A DNA stretch of 63,390 nt, filler included, from Octopus bimaculoides (GCF_001194135.2; 11 parts of 11 records of this genome joined end to end with filler, not necessarily neighbours in it), one strand, 5' to 3'. Counted from the first letter of the whole stretch, positions 1-12,105 are shown. Numbers and translations: made by a program. The notes: generated by a model not told the origin, from the letters alone.

Positions 1-258
1 TCTTGGTGTTCGTGTTGGTCTGTCTTTAGTTGTTGGTGGTGGTGTTGTTTCTGTTTTTGACTCAGGTGGTGGTGTTGTTTGGTTGGGTTGGTTTGTTCGT
101 TGTTGCCGTTCTTTCGTTTTCGCATATAGCTGCTTGATCAATTGTGCATACGGTGGTGTGGGTAATAATGCTGGTGTTTTGGGTTTTTGGTTTTCCCGTG
201 GCTGTTGTTGTTGTTGTTGCTGTTGTTTCGCGGCAGAATTGCAGTCCTTTTGGAAGTG
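1..258 (-). pseudogene. Possible gag/ORF1-like retroelement fragment (second half of a CCHC knuckle followed by a Q/P/T-rich tail)
   Basis: Minus frame open from 258 to the window edge: HFQKDCNSAAKQQQQQQQPRENQKPKTPALLPTPPYAQLIKQLY...; HxxxxC fits the end of CX2CX4HX4C, but the first half is absent, replaced by (GATA)n. Confidence 0.3.

Positions 259-260
<2 letters not shown>

Positions 261-327
<67 letters not shown>
261..327. repeat. (GATA)n microsatellite
   Basis: Direct reading; similar tracts at about 3283-3343 and 59823-59860. Confidence 0.97.
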
Positions 328-1301
328 GTACTTACGTAGGTGTTTGTATGTTTCCTTTCACTTGAGGTTTTATATACATATCGCTAAGGGCTTCCAGAAT
401 CTGTGCCTAAACCGGTTGATTTCTTTCTAGTGCTCTATTATCATTCTAGCATATGCAGCAAATTCTTTAAACGTACGGATTTATTCCCTCTCCTAACAAA
501 TAATTAATTTTATTCTTTCCTCTTCACATAATCAATTGTCAACAGCTGTTTGTGTTAGCATGGGCAGTATTTCGCTGCTTTGTTGGGATTTCAACTCCAT
601 TTAGGATTTATTCAATACAAAATAACTTGCTGTCCCTATTTGCATCATGAGAATGATTACACAGGGATAGGACTCCTTTCGCACATTTAATTATAAAGCA
701 TGTCATTTTTCGAAATATAACGGCATTATAATATTTTAATGATTTAAACGTTTTTCGCATGATATTTCCAACATAGAGACGCATTCCGTAATGAAGATAT
801 TTTTTTTACCCACCGTTTATATTTTAAAATTTTCTTACGAAAATATCTATTTTCATTTGTAAAAAATTATGTGATGATTGCTACTACCGCATACAAAGAC
901 CATTCTATATAAATATACAAACATTCGGTATTAGTCTGGAATCCGAAAAAGTATAAATATTTTCGACAGCAGATTATATATAATTTAATTCTATAGTTGA
1001 TTGATGGTGCGAGGTTTCAGTCGGGATTTGATTAGTGTTGTTACGCATGGAGATGTAAGTTTGCTTTGGTGATGTGCTGATATCCATTAATAGTAAGGAT
1101 CTTAAATTGGGGCAATTGCCCAGAGTGCAGATATAGTACAGCATATGACCTTTCATCTAGACAAACGAAGTTCGTATAGCCACTAGTCACGATATTTATG
1201 CTATAACGAGACAGACGACGATAGCATTAAGAAAACTAAGTATGTAAATAATAAATAACTTAAAGAACTTAAACAAGTTGAAAACAGTAATAGTAGGAAT
1301 T

Positions 1302-1412
1302 GGCGGAGGGTCGTGGCTTAGTGGCTAGAGTGTTGATATGATCGCAAGATTCTGGTTTGGATTCCTGGACCGGGGAATGCGTTGTGTTTTTGAGCAAAAT
1401 ACGTCATTTGTC
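1302..1412 (+). mobile_element. tRNA-derived SINE head (family D)
   Basis: A-box-like gtggcttagtggctag and B-box-like ggtttggattcc; homologous to 25240-25462 and about 41330-41490. Confidence 0.75.
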
Positions 1413-2232
1413 CTCAGGGGAGTATTTATGAGGTAAGCGGTGTCTAATATGAGGCCGTGGAATGTAATTATGTGGAAATAATTAAGAGATAGTGCAGCAT
1501 GGGACAAAAGCTGAGAGAAGATATGAATAACTAAAAGAATCGAGGTAGAGAACTTTTCGAGATGAGAAGATGAGTAGGAATATTGATGGCATTAATCTAT
1601 AGGAATATGTGAAACAGGCTCCCCACAGTAAAGAGTAATCCTATATTCGAAAGATCAGTCCCGGTGAGTTTATTTGCATAGATGTAGTAGACATTATCCC
1701 AGTAGTCTGTCAGCACTTCAATTTCCCTCTGAGAATTTCTCACTTGCATTTCATTGCTTCTCCAATGCATCAATGACAATGACACACGTCAGCCTCGTAT
1801 AGTGCTGAGTTTTCCTGCATCCAACATTGGAGTATAGAGTGCACACAGTGTTCTTTGAGTTACCAGAGATGAATAAATAGAGTGTCTGCATGTATCGAGC
1901 AGAGTTTTGGAAGAAGTGTAGCTGCTAATTGTACCGCGTTTCGAATTTTGTAGCTGCGAGAGCCACTGAAATCTTGCGGTTATTTCCTAATGTAAATATA
2001 TTGCCAAAGTGTATCATTCATTCAACAAGTCTATTTAGCTAATGATATATTGCATATTTCTTAATTATATCCATCTTAATAGTTTGATTATGCTATAGAG
2101 TTGTTTGGCAATCGTTTGTGATAGCAAGCTTTATTCAAAGTAGTTAAGGCGGTTTCGTTTTCATCGTGAAATGAAGTCAATCCTAATCATAATTTATCAA
2201 CACTAAATAATTGGTTCAACTTAATTTTTTGT

Positions 2233-2691
2233 TTGTTAATAATTCATAAAATTGTGAAGGGTTGTGTTCTTAATAATAATTATATTTGTTTAGACGCCAT
2301 GCAATATTTAATTAAAATTTGGAAGAAAGAGAAATATTCACAATTCCCACTCAAGTATACGACATTTCAAAGAAGAGAATATAATTCCCGTTGTCAAATA
2401 TCGTTAGAAAGCTTTCATAGTTAACAGCCACGGGGATATGCATCTATATCATCAATTTCCTTTGATATACGCATTACAAACGAAAGGGATGCAAGTATTC
2501 CAACATATTGTTCGTTATGAATATGTTACAGGCAACAATATACTGTACAAACGGTCGATATTTCAAGAAACTAATGAATATATACTAGTCGAATACTTCA
2601 TTCATATGTAATGCATCCCATGCTTCATGACATAAAAAAGAGAACTGATTCGACCGTGAATTTCATGCTGTTGATAAAGCTTTTTACTTAA
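2233..2691 (+). pseudogene. Putative frameshifted ankyrin-repeat-like coding remnant
   Basis: Three overlapping open segments (2233-2424, 2408-2611, 2611-2691) with ANK-like helices: LDAMQYLI, QFPLKY, QFPLIYALQTKGMQVFQHIV, GNNILY..ILVEYFI, PMLHDIKK..TVNFMLL. Motif match is by eye only. Confidence 0.3.
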
Positions 2692-2775
2692 GCTTTATTT
2701 CATATATATATATATATANNNNNNNNNNNNNNNNNNNNNNNNNNNNNNNNNNNNNNNNNNNNNNNNNNNNNNNNN

Positions 2776-2808
<33 letters not shown>

Positions 2809-3280
2809 ATATGTATATATATAGATACATATATACATTTCACTGCTGTTTTATTCCGGCTTTTGGTGAGTTGTTTGTGGGACATTTGAATTGAATTCCT
2901 CGATATATAAAGATGTAAACTCAATATGTAATATGTCCTGTATGATACCGTATGTATTCGAGTTCTTATAATTATATGTCCATACCAATTCTCGCTGATG
3001 AGCCATAGATGGTTTAATGTAATGATTGATTAATTAATTGATTAGTCTATTTAATCGTTAAGTTCGAAACTTCGAAGTACGGGAATATTTAATAATTTTT
3101 GAATTCTCTCAAATTGTCCTGCCCACCTACATTGAATGTGCTAAAGTAGGAATGATATTTACGTAGTTTGGGATTTAACTCCCATTTTTAGCGTGTTTGA
3201 AAACCACTTAATGGCTTTTCCTATCGTGTATAATTTTTATACACAAATATAATATATATATATAAATATAGTTTGATGGG

Positions 3281-3342
<62 letters not shown>

Positions 3343-3569
3343 TATACCATGAATTATGATATGCATGACATGCATATTCAACCATTTGCAGACCTAATTT
3401 TCTGTATGCATGTAGGTAGTAGATGACCCGCACAGCCAGCAATCACTTCCACGAATACCAAACGCTTATTTAGCCAACAGAAACTTGCTATTTATCTACA
3501 ACAGGTGAAAATGTATATTTGTATATTTAGTTAGAATGTTGTTCGTATTCGGTAGTAGCAAGCATCACA

Positions 3570-3800
3570 TATATGTTTCTTTGCAGATTCTGTTCTTCGT
3601 GTAAGATCTTCCGCTTCTTTCCCCTTATTTGTCTGTGTTGATGACTTTGACTCTCACATGAGATATTTTGCCAGCCCTCGAGAATGCAACATATAGCTGA
3701 CCGTGGCTGAATACACGTTCAGGCAAGAAGAGCTCTACTTTAAGAAATGTGTGTGTTTCTGATTTATTGGGTGTCGTTGCATATGACATGCGAATGGCAA
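3570..3800 (-). mobile_element. Helitron RepHel PIF1-helicase C-terminal remnant
   Basis: Minus frame AIRMSYATTPNKSETHTFLKVELFLPERVFSHGQLYVAFSRAG matches the Helitron helicase motif FAMTINKSQG...PVFSHGQLYVAFSR. Confidence 0.88.
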
Positions 3801-3945
3801 GTGAATGGCAAGTTTGGGATGCGCACGCGTTGATAGGTGATATAAAAAAAAACTTTGTTCAATAAAAAATTTACTTTTCACTATGCACTTACCATCGCCA
3901 ACGCGGCCACCACCACCACTACCATCATCTCACCGNNNNNNNNNN

Positions 3946-3997
<52 letters not shown>

Positions 3998-4965
3998 TCT
4001 TTAATTCCACCATCAGAATGTCACTCCTCCGCCAATAACACTAAATTTAACACTTTTAGCCACTTAATCAATATTACGTTTCTCCTACTTCAAGTAATGG
4101 ACGCTTCTCTCTCCCTCTTTTTGTCTCTCTCCATTGATCTTTCTTTAACTTTCTGCCTCACTCTTCACCTTATCCTCTGTTTCTCTCTCCTTTTTCTTTT
4201 TATTGTGCTCTCTTTCCCTGCAACTAATCACCTGAAAGCATTCCAACTACGTCCCCTCTACCACACATCTTAGACGCTTCTCTCTCATTCTTTTTTCTCT
4301 CTCTCTTTTCTTTCGCCTTGTCAGCGTTATCAACGAGCTAAGTAACGTAATGACAAGTAGAATTATTATAAGATTGAGGAGCAAATTAAAATATATTATA
4401 ATACCTGATTCTAAGTTCAATATCTATTATACTTATAACAGTTCCTTGAAAACTGAAAATGTGTAAACGGTATGACCTTATAAGTACATTAATAAACGAA
4501 TTATATATNNNNNNNNNNNNNNNNNNNNNNNNNNNNNNNNNNNNNNNNNNNNNNNNNNNNNNNNNNNNNNNNNNNNNNNNNNNNNNNNNNNNNNNNNNNN
4601 NNNNNNNNNNNNNNNNNNNNNNNNNNNNNNNNNNNNNNNNNNNNNNNNNNNNNNNNNNNNNNNNNNNNNNNNNNNNNNNNNNNNNNNNNNNNNNNNNNNN
4701 NNNNNNNNNNNNNNNNNNNNNNNNNNNNNNNNNNNNNNNNNNNNNNNNNNNNNNNNNNNNNNNNNNNNNNNNNNNNNNNNNNNNNNNNNNNNNNNNNNNN
4801 NNNNNNNNNNNNNNNNNNNNNNNNNNNNNNNNNNNNNNNNNNNNNNNNNNNNNNNNNNNNNNNNNNNNNNNNNNNNNNNNNNNNNNNNNNNNNNNNNNNN
4901 NNNNNNNNNNNNNNNNNNNTTATTTCCCTTTGCTAAGCACTTTATATTTCTTTTTAATATAAGCA

Positions 4966-5158
4966 CAAGACCTGAAATTTATGGAGAGGCCAATCGATCC
5001 GATCGACCCCAGTATGCAGCTGGTACTTAACTTATCAACCCGGAAGAGATGAAATGCAAGTCGACCTCGGTGGAATTTGAACTCAGAACGTTGAGGCAGA
5101 CGAAATACTGCGAAGCATTTCGTCCGCTGTGCTAACGATTCTGCGAGCTCGCCACCTT
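4966..5158 (-). mobile_element. tRNA-derived SINE (family A, Nin/Deu-like core)
   Basis: Reverse copy of ggcggcgagctggcagaa...gagttcaaattcc...gaggtcgac...gcctttcatcc...gtaccag, which recurs many times in this window. Confidence 0.88.
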
Positions 5159-7003
5159 GCTAAGAACTTTATATTTTTCTTTTTTCTCTCTCTCTCTCTC
5201 TGTCTCTCACTCTCTTTCTCTTCATCTCTCACTTCCATTAACAGCATAATGCATCGGCTGGCTATCTCCTCCCTTGTTCACTCTCTCATTCCCTCTACTC
5301 CTCCCTCACTCCACCTCCTCCTCTCTGACAAACTAAGGCATAAAGTGTGTACGAACAGAGGGAAGAATAATATGGATTTAGCTCAATAAAAAAAATAACA
5401 TACTTTTCACTATCAACACACCAAAACTAGCACCACCATCATCACTATTACTTCCAGAGACAAGGCTCATTTCATCTCATTTCAGCTGTTTGCTTATATC
5501 TAAATTTTATCTGTCAATCTCTGTCTTTTAATGTAGCTGCTTCCCCTCTGTATCTGCAATTTTTTAACCTCGCCATCATCAGTATCCTAAATTTATCTCT
5601 TTCTCTCTACTTCCCCTCCCATACTACAGCACGTCATTAACATTTCTCTTTCCTTCTCTTCTCTCGCCGTCTTTTTTCTCTCGTTCACCGCCTCTCATTT
5701 CAGCTGACCAAGTGAAGCATTTGCCGAAGTGTACTAGTTTCTTCACTTCTCCCTTCCGTGCTCACTTTTACTCCACCTCTCACTCATTGCACCTCTACCT
5801 CTCGCTAACCAGCTGATGTATAACAGGTGAACGAACAGGCATAATATATATATATATATATATATANNNNNNNNNNNNNNNNNNNNNNNNNNNNNNNNNN
5901 NNNNNNNNNNNNNNNNNNNNNNNNNNNNNNNNNNNNNNNNNNNNNNNNNNNNNNNNNNNNNNNNNNNNNNNNNNNNNNNNNNNNNNNNNNNNNNNNNNNN
6001 NNNNNNNNNNNNNNNNNNNNNNNNNNNNNNNNNNNNNNNNNNNNNNNNNNNNNNNNNNNNNNNNNNNNNNNNNNNNNNNNNNNNNNNNNNNNNNNNNNNN
6101 NNNNNNNNNNNNNNNNNNNNNNNNNNNNNNNNNNNNNNNNNNNNNNNNNNNNNNNNNNNNNNNNNNNNNNNNNNNNNNNNNNNNNNNNNNNNNNNNNNNN
6201 NNNNNNNNNNNNNNNNNNNNNNNNNNNNNNNNNNNNNNNNNNNNNNNNNNNNNNNNNNNNNNNNNNNNNNNNNNNNNNNNNNNNNNNNNNNNNNNNNNNN
6301 NNNNNNNNNNNNNNNNNNNNNNNNNNNNNNNNNNNNNNNNNNNNNNNNNNNNNNNNNTGTGTGTGTGTTATATCTGTATCTCTCTCTCTCTCTCATTTCC
6401 TGTATAAATAATTATATGAGCAACACAGATCGATAGGATTATTATAGCCCAAAACAAAATATCTCGCTTCTGATTCTCGGTTAGAGATCGTCGAGCATAC
6501 CGCATTAATTTTGAAGTATCGATACAGTATAGTATTCTTGGTCAGTACGTAAAGAAAATACATATGATTTTTCAATTGTCTCGCATAATTGTCTCCCATG
6601 AAAAAAACAACACAAAGCACGTTCTATATCCTTAATTTCGAGATAACATGTATAATAACAAGCTTTAAAATAGAGGATGAAATAAATTCTTTGTCGATTA
6701 TGGAGACATATTTACGTGTTCACACGCATGTATTTATACACACACACATAAACACACACTCACACACTCACAATACATACGTGCATATAGATACTTATAC
6801 TTATATACGTATACAGTTATACATACATATATATGTAGTGGAAACGCGCATAGCGATGGATTAAAATGTTTATAAATTCCATCCATGGATTATTATCATT
6901 ATTACTATATTTATCCAGCAATGTATCGGCACAGCTCGTTACAACCCCATAAAACTGTCATTGCATGTTGGTATAATTAGGCTGTAATGGACATGATAAA
7001 ATA

Positions 7004-7123
7004 AGAGCTTATTGTCCGATCCCCATATACTGCCTTAATACTCTTCGCACTTTCCGTTGCGTTGTTGCTTTTAGCGAACTCATAAATGAATATATGCTGA
7101 ATATGCGCCTTTGTCACTTCCAT
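7004..7123 (-). mobile_element. mariner transposase N-terminal fragment
   Basis: MEVTKAHIQHIFIYEFAKSNNATESAKSIKAVYGDRTIS resembles the mariner N-terminal HTH region. Confidence 0.7.
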
Positions 7124-7421
7124 TATAGATTTGAAAGAATAACTGCTAAAATCGAACTGCACTTTTGAAATCTTCCACTAAGAATAAGGACAAGGTAAAA
7201 TTACTACATTCATTGATAGCAAGTTGATGCAATTTATCCTGTCTCCCTCCGACTTTTATTTAGTTCATGCAATTGAAAAGACCGCATTTTGTGGGGGATG
7301 ATACAGTACATAATTTACATTAAAACAACTACATATATTTCATTAGGAAATGATACCGTATGTTTCAGTATGTGATTAAATATTTCAGATAATACGCAAA
7401 TTTGTAAATTTATCCAGTGCT

Positions 7422-7805
7422 GTTGTTGGCACTCCGCCGGTTACGACGACGAGGGTTCTAGTTGATCCGATCAACGGAACAGCCTGCTCGTGAAATTAAC
7501 GTGCAAGTGGCTGAGCACTCCACAGACACGTGTACCCTTAACGTAGTTCTCGGGAATATTCAGCGTGACACAGTGTGACAAGGCTGGCCCTTTGAAATAC
7601 AGGTACAACAGAAACAGGAAGAAAGAATGAGCGAATGTTGTGGTGAAAGAGTACAGCAGGGTTCGCCGCCATCCCCTGCCGGAGCCTCATGGAACTTTAG
7701 GCGCTTTCGCTCAATAAACACTCACAACGCCCGGTCTGGGAATCGAAACCGCGATCCTACGAACGCGAGTCCGCTGCCCTAACCACTGGGCCATTGCACC
7801 TCCAC
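7422..7805 (-). mobile_element. Full-length tRNA-derived SINE (family C) with 12-bp TSD
   Basis: tRNA-like head at 7805 (tggcccagtggttagggcagcggactc...ggtttcgattccc); TSD ttatccagtgct at 7410-7421 and 7806-7817; second copy at about 58115-58505. Confidence 0.92.
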
Positions 7806-7966
7806 TTATCCAGTGCTACATAGTAGATTTCTAAAGACACTCTATAGACAAATTGTAAATACAGAAAGCTTTCAATTCGTTATAAGTTCCTATTCTCGCT
7901 ACTTATTTGCTATTATGATGCAAATGTTGTGAACGGCTGTTTATCGTCCTTCTTTGTTCATTACAG

Positions 7967-8033
7967 AAAATATTACAAGGGCTTCTTAGAAATAACGGCT
8001 ATTTTGTTTTCAGTTTATGTGGCTACTAGTTAC
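7967..8033 (+). CDS. Candidate coding exon, unidentified gene (KYYKGFLEITAILFSVYVATSY)
   Basis: Acceptor tctttgttcattacag, donor TAC|gtaagt; only one frame is open; phase-compatible with 8101-8184 across a 67-nt GT-AG intron. Confidence 0.35.
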
Positions 8034-8100
8034 GTAAGTATATTGCCTACAAAATAATAATTGTTTCCTTCCCACTTATTATTTCCTTCATAAATAACAG

Positions 8101-8184
8101 GACATGCACGTGTTACCATTTGTGAGAAACATGGTATTCTTCGAATCCATATTACTGCAAATATATGCTTATATTGAAAACAAT
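8101..8184 (+). CDS. Candidate coding exon, unidentified gene (DMHVLPFVRNMVFFESILLQIYAYIENN)
   Basis: Pyrimidine-rich acceptor ending ...aacag at 8100, donor AAT|gtaagg at 8185; 84 nt open in phase 0. Confidence 0.33.
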
Positions 8185-8870
8185 GTAAGGAATACTGAAA
8201 TTGCTCATTACAAGTGTAATATGTCTGCAATGATGTCTTACTATTGAAAATATTATCGCAATGGAAGTGATGTAATTGCTCATTACAGCAGTCTAAGAAT
8301 ATTATAGAACATCATAAAATCGTCTATTACATGCGCTTATAACAACTAATGTATTGTCAAATTGTGATTCTCGTTTAGTAAATACATAGCACATTTTGTC
8401 TTCCACAGCAAATCTTGTCTTCCATACAAAGTTTTCATTGCTAAGGATTGGGAATTTTTATTTTTTTGAATTAACGATAACAATAAATTATGTTTGAATA
8501 GATAAAATCTCACAAAAGTGAACTTTGCTATGAATGTAATATTTCACTTGAAGTTGTAGTTCATAAGATGCCCTGCATAAGGCAATTGATAAAGTAGCAA
8601 TAAATCAGAAAACGTAAGATCAAAGAGTTGGAAGGTCAGTATTTTTTTTTATGTTAAGGCAAGACATTCGCATGTCCTCCAGAAGGATTTCTACTAAAAC
8701 TTGACTGTCCTATATAAGGAATGATACAAGGAGTTCGTTGCAACATAACTTACAACATGTTCATAATAGTTCGTAATGTCAATCGGAGTGTTCACTAGCC
8801 ATTAACCCAATGAAGGAAATCTCAGTTCCTTTTTCTTACCTTGGATTAATTTGCAAATTACAATCCTGAT

Positions 8871-9087
8871 AACGCAGCGACCTGGCAGGGTAGCTAGCAT
8901 ACTGGGTAAAGTGCTTGGCAGCCTTTCACCCGCCTTTACGTTCTAAGTTCAAACATCACCGAGGTTGGCTTTGCCTTTCATCCTTCGGAGTCGATAAAAT
9001 AAGTACTAGTTGAGTACTGGAGTCGATGTAATCGACTTACTTCCTCCTGCAGAATTGCTGGCCCTGTGCCAAACTTTGAAATCAAAC
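8871..9087 (+). mobile_element. SINE family A with 12-bp TSD
   Basis: Family A core ggttggctttgcctttcatcc...gataaaataagtactag; TSD tacaatcctgat at 8859-8870 and 9088-9099. Confidence 0.9.
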
Positions 9088-9235
9088 TACAATCCTGATT
9101 ACATATAATAATATTTATAACAAGCAGTGGTGTAATTAGTACCTAATGTTTAGAATAGGTAAAGCTCTTTAAGCGTGGCTTACATTCATATATTACATAT
9201 ATATTTTACATGTCTTAAGACGGAAATAGATATTT

Positions 9236-9393
9236 ATTTCGTTATTGGCCGTAGGGGGCTAAACGTAGAGGGGGGAAAAACAAGGACAGACAAAGGGATT
9301 AAGTCGATTACATCGACCTCCAGTGCGTAACTCGTATTTATTTAATCGACCCCGAAAGGATAAAAGGCAAACTCGACCTCAGCGGAATGACAA
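9236..9393 (-). mobile_element. 5'-truncated SINE family A with 12-bp TSD
   Basis: TSD aaatagatattt at 9224-9235 and 9394-9405; the tRNA head is missing. Confidence 0.88.
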
Positions 9394-10870
9394 AAATAGA
9401 TATTTGCAGATTGAATTTCGTATGGATTGTGTCTACTATATTCACGCATTTCCGAAGAAACTACTAAAATCTTCAACTTGGTAATCAATGTATCAATTTC
9501 TACCGCATACTATTTATATAGTTCCCGAAAGGAAAAGTAATTTTAGTCTTGTACACCATACTGCTGTATAAAGACTAGCAACGCTAATTTAAATAAATAC
9601 TTAATTGAAGAATACACATTTGTTAGTGCTGATAGTATTTTCTATAAATAATTGTTGCTTCTGTTTACCCCTATAATATTTTTTGTGTAAATTGAGTTAA
9701 TGCTACAATTCATATAAGCAAAATAAATCCGATTCAATTGTTTCTTTTGACACATAAATTGTGAAATAATTGAATAATTTCTTTGGGAAAAAAAGCAACA
9801 ATCGGATACATACAGCTCACTGAACCTAATCAATCATAATTTTCGTTCATTAACATTCATGTTATTCACTTCTCTATTTGCATGCTCAATGTCATGTTAC
9901 TTTTTATACAGTGATAACACTTATGTGAATCTCATGGCATGTTAAAAGTAATATCAAATTTTAATTCAGCAAGCCATGAGAATAAATATTCATGAAAAGA
10001 GGAATGGTAATTAAACTTTCATAACTGCATATTTCTCGCTGTAAACACTGCATATAATTTGAAGGCGTGTTAATATACCTGCCATTATTGTAAGCAAACA
10101 CAAATAAATGGAATCTGTGCAAAAAAGTTAGAAGAGAAAGACATGGGTCAATATTTGAAACACAAATATTAAAAAAAAAAAAAAAATTATCGAGTGCTAC
10201 AGCCAATATACCTTCACATGTCATAGAGGACTGAGGTTACTTCCATCAAATGAAATGTTTCTGATGTTTTATTGTTTGCTAAATACAGGAACAAATCATT
10301 TATATTGCTATATATGATTTTAAAATTATTTAAAAATCAAAACTGTTAAAATCTATGCATTCTTTGTACAAATCTAACATACACTCCAATTTGATATTCA
10401 TTACATAATTCAACAAATGAAAAAAAGTATGGCCTAATATTCTATTTTGAAAAGTAATTCTTACGTACTATTTCGGTGTATTGAAGGCAGGTTTTAAAAT
10501 AAATCAATCGTTAATTTTGAAATTCAAAGAGACCAAGTTATTAGATTTAACGACATGGCAGATCCCCGCGAACAGATATTTTATTAAAATTTCAATTATA
10601 TCAAACTATAAATACATAGTTTTGCTACATGATATATAAAGTATTGAAAACTATTACCGGAATAAGAACAAAATATATTTAATAAAATTGTTGTCATAAT
10701 TAAATGAAATATGAATACAAATTCGTTTGTACGTGTATGTGAGTATATACATACATACATACATACATACATGCATACATACATACATACATACATACAC
10801 ATATATATGTATGTATATATATATATGTATATATACATATAATCACGTGCGTATATATATGCTTATTCAG

Positions 10871-10989
<119 letters not shown>

Positions 10990-11027
10990 CATGCATATAT
11001 ATACAAATATGTATGTGCGTGTGTTAG

Positions 11028-11404
11028 TATGATGTAGTTGTATGCTCAACATACCGTCCACCAAATACCGCAAAGCAGGAGGGTAAATTTGAGGACAGCC
11101 TCAGACGCATAGAAGAGGTCTTGACAAATCTGGACCAACACATCAATATACTTTTCCTAGGCGACTTTAACCTCCCAAATGTTAAATGGCCTGAAGGTCA
11201 CATCCTCTCTGGGATGTCACTGCATGAACAAAGCCAGGCAAAGTCTTTGTTAGAACTATCCCACATGCTGTTCATGGAACAAGTGATACTCCAACCAACC
11301 AGAGGAAGCAATATTTTAGATCTCTGCATCACAAACAATGTGAGCCTAATCCATAATGTGAAAATAACGCCCACATCTCTCTCAGATCATAACATTATAG
11401 AATT
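11028..11404 (+). mobile_element. LINE APE-type endonuclease fragment (CR1/L2-like)
   Basis: Open frame TYRPPN...ILFLGDFNLPNVKW...QPTRGSNILDLCITN...SLSDHNIIE carries the canonical APE motifs; cut by an assembly gap. Confidence 0.92.
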
Positions 11405-11504
11405 NNNNNNNNNNNNNNNNNNNNNNNNNNNNNNNNNNNNNNNNNNNNTTAATTAATTAANNNNNNNNNNNNNNNNNNNNNNNNNNNNNNNNNNNNNNNN
11501 NNNN
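11405..11504. other. Assembly gap spacer: N44-TTAATTAATTAA-N44 (ten such spacers in the window)
   Basis: Same 12-mer between N runs at about 11449, 23702, 25507, 34156, 35279, 41615, 53163, 54652, 56688 and 61933; it encodes stops in all six frames. Confidence 0.95.
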
Positions 11505-12105
11505 CCTCCCTCCTCCCTCCTCCTCCTCCTCCTCCTCCCCTCCTCATCATTATCAGCATCATCGTCGTCGTCATCATCATCATCCTCATCATCATCATCA
11601 TCCTCATCATCAACTTTGCACTATATCTATGAACTCCAAAATCTTCACTCACTACGACAGTACAAACATTACTACATCTTACCAGTCATTGCTACTATCA
11701 CCACCAATGCCACCATCACCGCCACTAACCATTACTACTACCATCGCCACCATCACGACGGCCGTCATTAGAATCATCAGATCCGCTTGATCACGAATGT
11801 CCTGAAGCTAAACAACGAATCACTAGAATAGTTTAAAAGCAGAAACCAACACACAAGGATTCATAAAGCCATTGAATTATGTTCTTTAATATACTGAGCA
11901 GAAGAGAAGCAAATGATCGACTAAATACAATACTACGCTTTCTATTGTGGATAACTATTGCCACCGGCGGAATTGGCCTCTACACAACAAGTCAACAATT
12001 CACCAATCATTTTCATACAGCTGTCCTTCGATCCTTAGAGCGAGGTGGATATAACATTTATGAGTTCAATGTCTTAGACATGTATTCAGACAGTTAATAG
12101 ATATA

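Noticed and set aside
1540-1930. Possible exon or LINE endonuclease remnant (VIVIDAL, ADRLLG)
   Set aside because: All splice-consistent frames hit stops or are very short; motifs too weak to assign.
10135-10150. 13-nt match to the 5' part of miR-71 (gaaagacatgggt)
   Set aside because: The match stops at 13 nt and no precursor hairpin is evident.
11449-11460. Recurrent TTAATTAATTAA motif (ten copies) that could look like a regulatory or PacI-type site array
   Set aside because: Always centred between N runs in 100-bp blocks and encodes stops in six frames: an assembly spacer, not biology.
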